Of a stretch of DNA of 64,000 nucleotides, positions 36,581 to 48,858 are shown in pieces. The notes below the pieces were generated by a model that saw only the letters and a program-made list of their open reading frames with translations, made no database searches and was not told where the DNA came from. This stretch comes from Epiperipatus broadwayi (taxonomy: Eukaryota; Animalia; Onychophora): the NCBI GenBank assembly GCA_028023455.1, contig JAQFVV010000005.1, positions 20,026,001 to 20,090,000 of the forward strand, in the 5' to 3' direction. The translations under genes were made by a program, and so were the position numbers. Each line of letters opens with the position of its first letter. Positions within the stretch are counted from its first letter, which is position 1.

Positions 36581-39500
36581 ATATAATTATTATTGATATC
36601 ATTATCGTTCCTTATATCCACTTAGCTAAGAATTTCCAATTGACATTGCCAGATTTTTATTTAGAAACTAGTCATAGGTGATTTAATTGCAATGGTCTCA
36701 GACTGTTTAATTCTTTTATTATTGACTTCTCAATACATGTTAGCCATTTACCTTTTTATATATTCAAAAAATATTTGAAATGTTATTTATTGTATTATCT
36801 GCTATTATATTATTATTTTAATATTTGCATGTATTGTACTTGATTAATATGAAATATTTTTTTTTGTTTTGTATGTGTGTAATTAATTTTTATATCTATT
36901 CCCTATCTTTATAATTTTTTTTTTTAAATGTTTAATGTATATAATTATTATTAGTAGTAATATTTTTTCCCTGTAATTAATATAATAACTTTTATAAATA
37001 ATTCCTCATGCAAATTTTGTCTATTTGGTGTTATCCTCTCTCACATATATATATAGTTTTTTAAAATAAATAAATTATTATTGTTGTTGTATTTTTTTTA
37101 TTAGACATTTTACATTTATACATATAGTGGAGCCATAAATTATACAACTTCAATTATAAACTATCCAAAAAAAAAAAGTATACATTCAAACAAAAATTAA
37201 ATAAACAAAAGAAATCCATTAAAATTCATAAATTTTATGATATATTTAGCAGCCATTTTTCCTTCTCTGATCATTATGTGAGTATATATATATATATTAA
37301 TTAAATTTCTTTGGTTTATGTTTGAAAGCACATAGATTTAATTCTTGCTTTATTATCTTTTCCAAATTTGATGTGCTGTATTGTTTGTAATATTTTCTCC
37401 AGCATAATGCTAAAAAGTTTCCTAAATTTTAGAACATACCAAAAGTTGAAATTATTTTTAAAATGTCAAAATAATTAGAAATATTAATTTCTTGATAACA
37501 AGATCACTATTACATTTCTATTAAAAAAAAAAAAATTATGTCAGACATTTTGCTGTTTATTTTAAAAATAAAAATAAGATAACTGGTTTTTGATCTTATT
37601 CTTTTTGCTTCATTAAGTGAACACACACTCAGATAATATGTAAATGTGTCCCCTCGATTTATTAATAACTATATTATTATTTTTAAAATTTTATTTATAC
37701 AATAATCTTGCTATGCATCCATGTTATATATATATATGTATATTCAAAAGTGCTGTACACTTGCAGTTTGATAAGCAATACTTATCTATTCTAATCACTG
37801 TTTATCAACAAAACATAAACTATTATGTACTATATACATTGATTGCAAAGGGGACTTGAAACAAAATATAGTATAATTCGTGGTTCCACTGTATATTTTT
37901 TGTATTCAACCCCCTTTTAATATGTTATTATTTTTATTTATTAAAATAATTTAGTTTGGTTAAATCTAGTCTTTGATCATTTTTTTTCTCTTATGCAACT
38001 GTAATATTAATATAGCATATCATACTTCAACTTTTAATGTATGTTTATTAGTTGCACATATTATGGCTAACTACCACTTGAAAAGCAGCTAGCATGCTGA
38101 GAAATAACAAATGCATGGAAGAATTTAGATGCATAGGTTGTGTGATGACAATAGTACTATACTTTTAAAACTATTCATTATAATTTCAAATTATATTAAT
38201 CATTCATCTAATGGTTAAGCAACCACAATTTGACCATCAATTCTTTCATTTCAGTTGGAAATCGAAGTTTGGCAATATATATATATTAAATTCACACCAT
38301 ACCATGTATTGTTACAAATGACAACCAACTGGTGGTTTGAATATTTTTTATCTATTATTCCATGTACTGTTACAATATCTTATAATTTAATTGAATATTT
38401 GAATCAAATTTTCTATATAATAAATTAAGATTTTTTTAATGCTTGGAGAAAATAGAAAGATGTGAAACTTTTAATTTGTAATTTTGAATTCCTGTTTTGT
38501 TACTGACCTGAATTTGTAACAGTTCTATTTTATTAACACCACTTCTCTCTGTCATAATACTGAATCCTAGTTATATTGCTTTTCGTAAAGTATTTATCAT
38601 CACTTCTTTTTTAATAACTTATAAAAAAAAACATACTTTAATATCTTTTCATACATTACTATGTGTCCTACATATATGTTAAAAATTCAGACTTAGGAAT
38701 GTATGAAAAGATATTAAAATATGTTTTTTTTTATAATACAGATATAGATTTTTTGTTAATTAGTTTTGGATAAAGTCAACTTTTTTTTTTTTTTTAGAAA
38801 AGATTAATGATTTAAACAATAGATCTCATTGAGGATCACCTGTCCATTTTCTTATTAACCATTATACACTTTTTCTTTATATTTTTTTATCATTCATAGA
38901 CAGGCCAAACACCTTTAATCATTTTTTGTATTTAATTAAATGTAACTAAAAAAATCAGTGCTCAAATTATAAGATTTATTTTTTCATATATGAAGTCTTT
39001 AGTTTTAATAGTGTATGACTTTTTTTTTTCTGAAAATAATTAAAATAACACAAAATATATTTTTTTTAAAATTACAATGTGGAAAAAAAAAACATCTACA
39101 TTTGTGATTTTATTAGAATAATGTAAAATTTTTGTTTTTCACTTCATAAGTTTAAATGCTTCAAGAAACATTAAATAATAATCATAAAATGTTTCATTTT
39201 TATAATTATATTAAGTTTCAAATTAATAAAAATGTTTTTTAAATTGTATTAAAAAAACTTTAGAAAAAAAAACCTTCATTACTTCTGCCATCTAGGAACA
39301 AAAATAAAAACTAAAATATAGAATCATTAGCATGACATCAAAACTGTTCAATACAAAATTAAGTTGACTCAATACTGCAACATGTTATAGCAATCATAAT
39401 GTAGTATACTCTCCAAAAGATTAATATGAAATTCTTGGTTCTAGGGCTTCTGCAGATTTATCAATTTTTCTGATTTCAAGAATAGATCTTTTATCCCTGC

Positions 39501-39899
39501 ATCATGAAATCAAACTCTGCTAAAAATATAAATTTATTTTATTAATAACAAATTGAATTTAGAAACTTAATATTAGCTTGTTTCTATATTAGTATAAAAA
39601 TGTTTATGACAGCAATCAAAACCATGATTTACTGCTTAACACTCTTTGTTTTTTAATTACTTAGTTAAAATGCAAATCTTCTTAATTGTTCAATGTAATC
39701 CTTTTTAAAGATTATTTATAACATTGATTATAACTTATTGATTTAAGATAGGAAAGAAAGCTGGCTGCAATTGTGCACATATAGTTATGGGTATTTGATG
39801 ATTCTTTTTTTCTTTTTTGTTAATAAATATGTATACAAACTAATTTATTCTTTAACAATGGTCCAAACATAAATTTGTCCATAATATTGTTTTTCAAAT

Positions 39900-40500
39900 A
39901 ATTAATAATGATTCCAACAAATAATAAAGAAAATATTTAATATTTATTTTATTTCAATTATGTTGGAATCATTATTAAACTAATTTATTGTAAATGTTAA
40001 ATATAGCCTTTGAAATTTTTTGATAATAGAAATTTTTGAATAATAAGTATTAATGTTATTCTAACTATGCATTATTTTTTAAATTTTCTTATATTCCATT
40101 ATACAATCTCTCCTTAGACTGCCTTATAATCTACACCATACCTTGTTTTTTTTTTTAAGATGTCCTTATATTGCTTTAAACACTTATGTTTGACTTCTAA
40201 ATCACTATTTTAGATTTGTTTGCTTACATTGTCTTATAGACTAATTGCACACTTTTTTGATTTTCTTGAGTTTATTGTATACTCTTTCTCATAGTGACTG
40301 CTCTTTCATTAAACTTTCTTGCAACATTTTTGGATTCTTGCTTTTGAACTTATTCACACTTTAAAAGGTATTCTAATGATATAGATTGGAATAATAAGAA
40401 TCAAATTCTAACATTAATTTAGTTTTGGATTTATTCTTCTAAGTTGTATGACATGATGTTATATAGAATAGCTGCTCTTTAGGTAATGCCACAAGTTTCC
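39900..40500 (-). mobile_element. Decayed PLE thumb/GIY-YIG remnant
   Basis: Minus strand EFDSYYS..KFNERAV and gattataaggcagtctaaggagaga (YxGQSxxxL-like). Confidence 0.4.
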
Positions 40501-42027
40501 ATTCAGAAGATATGCATAAAAATAAAATAGGTTCTGTACAAAGTCATGTTTCTATGCATAATAATAAAAAAATTTTCAAGTAGTCAAAAATTTCCATGAC
40601 TAGAGACATTATTTCCATAATTTAAACATTCACTATCTGAAAATGTTGTTAAAGTCAACATCTCTTCCCTCCTTACTTTGTTCCAATCTACAGTTACCAA
40701 ATCATTACAACATTTTTATTCTATCTCACAAAGAAAATTATGAGAAATTTTATTGGTTACTAAGATTGTGTGAAATTTTTTTGATCTGTATATTAAATCA
40801 TTATATTTATATTTAAATGATAAGTTTAACAAAAACTTTTTTTATTAAATTTCTAAAGTCTGTTTATTAAAAGAAACAAAATGTCTGGTAATATCATAAA
40901 TTATATATAAAAAAGATAAAATGAATTAAATTATGAAGCATGTATGAGATTACAATGTAGCTGCAAAATATGCTATACTAAATTACATGACTTCATTTGT
41001 ATCCTATGTAAAAGAAAATGTAAACAAACAAATAATATTGTAAATAAAGAAACAAAATACTCCATTAAAATTAGCAAATTTTACAATATTCGAGCAGTCC
41101 TTTTTTTCTCTCCCTCATTGCTATATGCTATCACATTTTTTCTAAAAAAGTAAAACATTTTATAATTTGTCAGTGACCATTTTCCTATTTCAAAACACAA
41201 AATGCACATAAAATTGGTTTAGTTTATGTTGAAAGCATATATTTTATTCTTTATTATTCTTTCTGAATTTGATTTGCAATATTTTGCATAATAAAATATT
41301 TTCTAAGTGTATTGCTAACAGTACTTGAAGTCGGTACTGACTTAAAAACATCGAAATAATTAGAGAGTTCAGTTTCTTGATAAAGAGACTAATCTATTAT
41401 GTTTCTGTAAGAGAAAAAAGTTACTGTAGAAAAAGATTATCATCCACAGTATATTTACTAACAATGAAACTTAGACATTTCACTAATTACTTTATTTTAA
41501 AAATAAAAATAAGTTGTTTTTTCTTATTCCTACTTTTTCATTGAATGAAAAATATATGTAAATGCTCCTCTTCATATTATTATTAATAACTATATTTTTA
41601 AAATTTTGTTTATACTATAATTTTAATTTATATATTCATACTATGATCTTAAAAAGCTGTTATATATGTGTATATACTGAAAAGTATTGTACACTTGTAA
41701 TTTAATAAACAATATATATTCTATTCTAATCAATGTTTATCAACAAAATGTGAGCCATATGTGCTCTATATGATGTATGCAAAGGGTGCTTGTAACAAAA
41801 TATAGCATCTATCATAACTCCATTGTATATATAAAGACTAAGATTAGTGTGCAACAGAATAAGTTGATTGTAAGATTTGAAATATTTAAGAAATAAAAAT
41901 TCAATAATGTATTTATATGCTTGAGAAATACAATACAATGAGATTGATATAAAAAAGCATATAAGAATTTACAAAGAAAGAAGTATAAAATAATTTCTTT
42001 ATAATGTAAAACCTAAATCGAATAGTA

Positions 42028-43030
42028 CACCTGGGTCTCGTTTTATGCGGTAGATAGGTTCCACAGAAAACCCGCATTAAAAAAAATTGTGCAAAAATAG
42101 ACTTAACTTACCTTGAAAAATGGGGGATAGGTTCTGTAATTTTCAGAATTCACATAAAAGCAAAGCAACAAGGAAAAATTACTTTAAAATTCGCATTAAA
42201 AAAATAAGCAAATAAAGTATGACTAATAAAAAATTTCAAATATTTGAAAAAAATTAATACAAGAAAAACTTTTTTTACTTTTTTTTATTAATACTACAGT
42301 ATTTAATTTGATATTTTTTCATATGTATTTTTTGACGATATACAGTTCGTTTGTAAACTGGTAAGAAATCAGATTCGTCGATGTGATGTGATGTAGCTTC
42401 TCCTTGAACGAAGTCAAGAATCTCTCAGCATTTATGCCCAGAGAAACTTGTTAACTACTTTACATTCCATTCACCACTCTTAAGTTTTCCCATATTCTGC
42501 TCCATCCCATTTACACAATTAGTGCCAATTTCAGCCTTATGCTGTGTTAATGGTTTTCTGTTGACAACTGATTTTTACTACTAAATAAATTTTAAATGTT
42601 CACATTTTGTTTCTATATTAAAAAAATGAGATCGCAATCAAAACAAAGATTATTTCAGTTTATAAAATCAATAAAATCTTCCTTATTTATTTTAAAAATC
42701 TACATTATTTCTATTTAAAAGTTTAATATTTTTGAATATTTATTGCGATATTTTTATATGTAAATATAAATCTATTATTATTATTTACTCATTAGTATAA
42801 GTAGGTTATTTATTCTAAATACAGCTTCAGGCCATATTCATGTTAGCTGCTAATAAAACGTTATATTTTTGAAGAAAAAAAAAGTATTTCAAGTCAAAAT
42901 AAGTTATTAATAATTTAAATTTCTTGATATCTAATAAATATAGTGAAATATGAAAAATATTAAGAAGAAACGTGAATAGCATAACTTCAAAATCACATTA
43001 AAATAATCCGCATCAAACGAGACCCAGGTG
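42028..43030. mobile_element. Tc1/mariner-superfamily (pogo/Tigger-like) non-autonomous element, 1003 bp
   Basis: TIRs CACCTGGGTCTCGTTTTATGCGG / CCGCATCAAACGAGACCCAGGTG; TA duplications at 42026-42027 and 43031-43032. Confidence 0.85.
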
Positions 43031-43546
43031 TATATTAGATAATGAACAGTTTAATTATTTATTTTAGATCAAATTATGTTGGAAATTATTTCCTTTCTGA
43101 AAATGTTTTGGATGTTAATTAAATGATAGGTTTAATAGATTTAAAAAGAATGTATTAATTAGAAGTTGGAATTTAAGAAATCTGATACAATTTTATATAT
43201 AGATTTTTTTTATGTTTAAGTTTGTTGAAATGTAGTTTGTTAAGAGCAGTATGGATGAGATTTATAATTTTATACTTAGTCGTAGTATTTTTGATATTCA
43301 TTTGCTTTAATATATATATATATTGTAATGCTAGCAAGAAATATATGTTGTCAGGCACACATATATAACTCACGTTACATATTTTTAATTTAAAAATAAA
43401 TAATTAAATTATTAATAAAGATAAGAGTAGAAATATATGTTTTTTAAAGGTAGATTTTAAAACGCAAATTTTTCAAAAGCAAAAGATTGTGTCATATTTT
43501 TCTTTTAGAATAAAACTATTCTTAGCAAAAGGGTGGGGGAGTAGAA

Positions 43547-45007
43547 TGTTAGGCAAATCTAAAGTTAGAAATAAAGATTTAAAAACCCCTCCTTTTATAA
43601 ATTGTTATAAATAAAATGAGCAATAGTGAAAACAGGATAAAAATTAATTACTAAAAACTTTGGAATGCAATTAGTTTATAAGATTTCTGATTGATAATAA
43701 TATTGAAATTGTATTAATTTAAAAACTATGTAAACTATCGATGAGATAGTAGATTAATCTAAGCAAAAGATTAGATTAGCATGGAATGTAAAAATCATTT
43801 TGATTAATGAAATGTAAAAATTTAATTAAAAGACAGATTTCAAGTTACATTCAAAATTAAAAATACAATAAGGAATTAAAACAATGAGAGAGAAAAGTAT
43901 ATGAAGTTGCTATGGTCTATTGTTCTTTAGTCACATCTGCGATCTGTAATTCATTCCGCTCTTAAGTCAGTCGAGTTTGTGATATACAGTCAGGCTGCAA
44001 TCTACTAGATCATTCCGCTCTTCAATCTGTAATTCAGTCCAGTTCGAGTTCAGTTCAAGTCTGGTCTGCAATCTAATTCAGTCCGGAGTTCGGGTTCTTT
44101 CTAAAGAATGCACGCAGATATTCAGAAATTTTAGCACAGTGTAAGCCAATCAATTACTGTGGTCAACATTAATGGAGAAGGCATACAAATCATAGGAGTG
44201 TTCGACAGGACTTTATGCCCCAAGCTCTCAGCAATCAACTATCTCACCTGAATCAATATCTGGAACCAATGCCAAGATTGTGAAGTAGAATCTTTTGCAT
44301 TCTCTATCTCCTTATTCGACAGAAACCGGCAGGAGAGCCATGAAGCCATCAATGGAGACCCAAAAAATCAATTGCTTGGAAAGCAAAACCATTGAACAAT
44401 ACACACAAAATGAAAACCTCGGTAAATTTACTTTTAAATAACTGTGTATACACTTAATTTTAAATGAAATGAACTTTAATGAAGGATTATTATAACTAGC
44501 CTAAAGTCATCATTTATATTTTTCTTGTGTAAAATTTATTGTTATATTATGTTAAATATGTGTGCGTAATTAAATAACAATGCTTGCTTAATTGTTATTG
44601 TGTCTATTTTCAATTTCTCTCATTACTGCGTCACCATTAATTTAAGAGTATAGTTATTTTTTATGTGTTAAATAAATGTGCTGGACTCTGAGACAGAGTA
44701 TGAGCTAATCATGGGATATGTCAAGCACTGGATTGTGTGCCTGTTGTCTGAAGCATGCTGACTATATAATCTATAGTTGGCTAGTACCCGAGGTGGATCC
44801 TCAAAACAAATAAAATGTTTTGGATGGCAGGGGGTTGAATCTAGCAGTCAAGGCCCATGGTTTGGAAATGGGATCGTGTTATGCTTTATAAGTTCTATGT
44901 GACCATAGGTATCGTTGATGATTTATGCTATCAATGGTATTCACTCTGCTTGACGGGCCGGTCTTTTTATAAAATTAGTGTAAAAGAGATTTAAACCCAG
45001 ATAAACA
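43547..45007 (+). mobile_element. Probable LTR (~1.46 kb) preceded by a polypurine tract
   Basis: AAAAGGGTGGGGGAGTAGAA precedes TGTTAG; ends ATAAACA; short tcagt-type repeats at ~43960-44090; AATAAA ~44670; no internal ORFs. Confidence 0.45.
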
Positions 45008-45354
45008 ATCTTTTTCAGACCTGATTCAGCATATAATTGTGTAAATATATATGTTTATATTTTTAAGGAATGTTTTCATTTGAAAGACTATGGAATGTAA
45101 GAAAAATGTTTGAATATTTTTTTCTTTTTTGTGATTATTTGATACAATTATTAAACACGTTTATAAGAATAGTATGTATTTTTTCATAAACAGGTAGGCC
45201 ACCATCCATCCTTATAGCGCTAACTCAAAATCAGTTATTCAAACATAGTTATAAAGGATTCTGTATTTTAATGTATTATATTGTTACTAATAAAATAATT
45301 ATATGTAGTATACAAAAAGTAGTTATTTATATACACAAAACTATAAATAATAAA

Positions 45355-46320
45355 AACACATTTATTAAAAACTTTCTTTTTCAAACACTTAGGCATATTT
45401 CCATTTAATATTAAGTTATTTTTACCAAAAATACTTCAACCACATTTAATTCTATGATTAATTTCATCCACTATATTTCCATCTATAGCAATAATCTGAT
45501 CACTTGTTTTGAAAAAATCCATTGAACATTACTTTAGTCTTTTCAACATTTATCTTTAGTCCTACTCTCTTACTTTTATCTGATAATTCTTACATTTCCA
45601 AAAGTTATGAAGTATTATTTGCAAAGATAACGACATCATCTGCAAAATCTAGATGACTTAAATAATCTCTATTTATTTTTATTCCTTTACTTTCTCATTT
45701 TAAACCATAAAATACTCCTTGTAGCACTTCTGAAGCAAGTTTTGGACATATGGATTCACCCTGTTGAACACCATTCTCAATGTTAGTCTTCCTAGTATCA
45801 TTATGTGATCTATTGTTGCTGTTGCATTTTTATAAATATTCTTCAGAATATGACAATATTCTAGGTCTATACTTTGATTGTCCAATGCTTTAATCACTGA
45901 AGAAATGCTTATAGAATCAAATGCCTCTTCAAAATCTATAAATCAAAAGCATAATGGCAACTCATATTCATTGGTCCTTTCTATAATTTCTCTCAATACT
46001 TGGATATGATCTACTATACTAAAATCCCTTTTAAATCCTGTTTGTTCTTTTGGTTGGTTGAAATCCAAAGTTTCTGTAATTGAGTTGTAATTATCTTGGT
46101 AAAAATTTTGTATAAAACTGATGAAAGACTGATAGGTCTGCAATTTCTAATATTTTCTTTATCACCATTTTGAATATTAATAATACTACATTCTTCCGAT
46201 CATCTGGTATATCTTTATCATTTAAACATTTGGTATATAACTTTTGCTAAAAAAATTTCTATTTTTTCACTTTTTACTTTTGAGATATTGATTATAATTC
46301 CATCATTACCTGATACTTTT
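45355..46320 (-). mobile_element. RTE LINE RT fragment (same family as 14365-14822)
   Basis: ORFs: QPKEQTGFKRDFSIVDHIQVLREIIER and IKALDNQSID..LKNIY; DFEEAFDS; shares cacatttattaaaaac with ~14790. Confidence 0.85.
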
Positions 46321-46329
46321 TCTTCTTTT

Positions 46330-46960
46330 TTTTCCCTCAAAAGTAACCTTTATTAGTCAAAAGATTACAAAAAGTTATTGGATACACTTACCCGTGGAGG
46401 ATTACAAAGTGTTCAATGTTACAAGGCAAAACAATTATTGACCAGGTTTACAAGGTACGTACACTCGATAACAAATATATCCATAAAAGGGTTGTATAAT
46501 TTTGCTTAATGTGTATCTATACATGGACGAGCACAGATCTGCACTGCCCAAAAACAATCCATCAAGAGGGCGCAGCAGCCCATCAGAGCAGAAAAGGTGC
46601 TGAAAACTTTGACCCTGTACCCTCCAGGCAGGTTTTCCGGGTAGCGGCAATAATCGTCATCAGCCTGCACCCATAAACCAGACCCCCAATGACTGCCATC
46701 ATCAACCCCTGCAGAAGAAATAAGGAGTGCAGACCCGTGCCCACAAATATTACAACAAAACTCTATTACTGTTAGAAAGATATTTCTAGCTGGAGTGTCT
46801 AGCATCCAGTGATATCATCTTGCACACTGAGGTCAATGGAGCTGAACATCTGCCCTTAATCATTATCAAACTCCTGTGTCTGCAAATGTTCACAATAGCT
46901 GCTCAACCCACCAACCAAAGTCCTTCAGGGTTCACAGTGATTTTTATTTGTCGATACTAA
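46330..46960 (-). other. Unclassified GC-richer insert with AATAAA and A-rich end
   Basis: Abrupt composition shift, retained CpGs, minus-strand end taataaaggttacttttgagggaaaaaaaa; ORF 46506-46805 not recognised. Confidence 0.35.
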
Positions 46961-48504
46961 TTGGATCCTGCTTCTTTTGATTGAATTTCAGGTCTTGATT
47001 AGTAATCAATGATTCAAGTATAATCTGAAAGTTTGTTGTTAAACCTTGGAAAATTCTCAATAATTATTGCTTAAAAGAGTATGAATAATTTGCAGCTTCA
47101 ATGTCTGTTTAGGTCTAAAACATCATTTGTACTCATTTTTGTCTTTAAATCATTATTTTTTAGCTCAGGAATCACTTCATGGTAATTCTATGTTGATTTG
47201 AAATTTTTTTAAAATTTTTTTGTGGCCCTCAATCCACCGGAAGAGGAGTAATAACTTCTGTTCTGATCATCGGAGAAACCTGATTTTTGTGCAGGGAGAT
47301 AGCTTAGGTTATTTTCTATAATGTTCAATTCTAAAATTGAGATCGAATTAACATTTAAAACTTGTTTAACACTGCTAAAATCTGACGCAAAGATAAATTT
47401 CCTAAAATCATCATTGTCAACATATTATATTCCACGTTTTCTATGAGATTTGATGTCCAAATGAATTTCCTATTTATTCTATCAATAAAATTAGGATTTC
47501 TAGTGCCTATTCTTTTTAGAATTATTTGGTTTCATTTAAAATTAGTTTTGAAAGGTTTATAATATTCTAATGATTCTAAGAATTACTTAAGTTAGCTTTT
47601 GTCTATTTCTAATGGCATCCATTTGCATAAAACGGAATGATAGATAATTTCAATTATCATTGAATGAAAACTGTTCCAAAACTTCTTCTAAAGATGAAAA
47701 AACACTGAAACAGATAGATATTCACTTACATTTTGGTAAACTTTTCTTCTATGAGTCCAACAATGGACTATGACTTTGGTGAACAAAACAGGGAACCTGA
47801 AACAGTGAAAACTGGAGTTCTAGGCTCCCTCTAGTGATCAATACTACTTTTTCCTTCTTCATAAATTTAATCACGTCTCACTTTTTCATTTAAAATCCTG
47901 GGCAAATCAGAAAATATAATAGTTGTAGGAAATACTTGTTCTTTATTATTATATAATTCTTGACAGAACTCTTCTACCCATTTCATGATGCATCTTTCTT
48001 TTTAGTAATAGTTCTATCTTTTTTTTTTTTATTGCAGAAATAAGTTTCCTACCAATACCAAAATGTTATTTTATACTAATGAGATTTTTATTCTCTTCTT
48101 TCCTCGCTAGTTTACAACTATACTTTCTTAGATCATTATCAACTCTTTTTTCATACCATTTTACTAAATTTGAGCTATTCAATCTTCTTAATGCATCATT
48201 TATATATTTTTTCATATTGCTTCTTTTCTTCATAAATTCTCTAGTCTCAATAGAAATTTTACTGGTCCTTTGCTGTTTTTTTTCTATCAGCTATCTTTGT
48301 TGCAGTTTTGAAAAGTATATCAGTTACTTTCCTATTGATTTCATTCAAATCTGAATCATGTTCAAAATCTGTTAATATTTGAAAACAATTTGCATGTTCT
48401 AATTTAAACTCATTAGAATGTTTCTGAAGATTATGAATATCAACTGTGCATATTATTTTTCTTAATAATGTTTGTCTAGTTTTGCATTAACATATATCTT
48501 AGAT

Positions 48505-48858
48505 CTTCAGACCACTCAAAGAAGTATGGAGAGATGCATATTAGGAGTAATAAGAAGAGATCGAAAACAAAATACATGGGTAAGAGAACTAACAGGTGTT
48601 ACGGACATCATTGAAAGAATTAAGAGACTGAAGTTGAGTTAGACAGGACATATTTCTGGAAGAGATGATAATAGATGGAGAATTGAAATCTTAAACGGGA
48701 TTCCATGAGATTGTAAAAGACCTAGAAAGAGGCCACATTTGAGATGGATGGCTGAAATAAGGAAGTGGATGATATGGAGGCTAGAGATCAGAGATGGATT
48801 GGACTTGGAGACACCTTCATACAGTAGTGGATTGATAATGAATGAAAATTATGATGAT
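48505..48858 (+). mobile_element. RTE LINE 3' fragment
   Basis: LQTTQRSMERCILG..RWM; nucleotide match to the reverse complement of 14365-14750; ATG-repeat tail. Confidence 0.85.

Larger units (their letters stand above)
33050..37090 (+). mobile_element. Decayed near full-length CR1/L2-type LINE (ORF1 + APE-RT ORF2)
   Basis: ORF1 motifs IELQSIPYQNNEDVPQIV, IYVNEHIS and QNGLFYVR. APE motifs KILHTNMHSI, LDHIFT and TDHFAIL. RT motifs PIFKKGD..NY, QFGF, FDLSKAFD, GVPQG and FVDD. AAT-rich tail near 37070. Confidence 0.85.

Noticed and set aside
46124-46152. CTGATGA-A-AGAC..GTCT hammerhead-like string
   Set aside because: GCAA instead of GAAA, no stem I or III, and it lies antisense within RTE coding sequence (YRPISLL region).
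47730-47796. Minus-strand 67 nt exon-like segment (FPVLFTKVIVHCWTHRRKVYQN) and nearby broken frames (YVDNDDFRKFIF)
   Set aside because: No partner exons or recognisable family; probably a decayed transposon.
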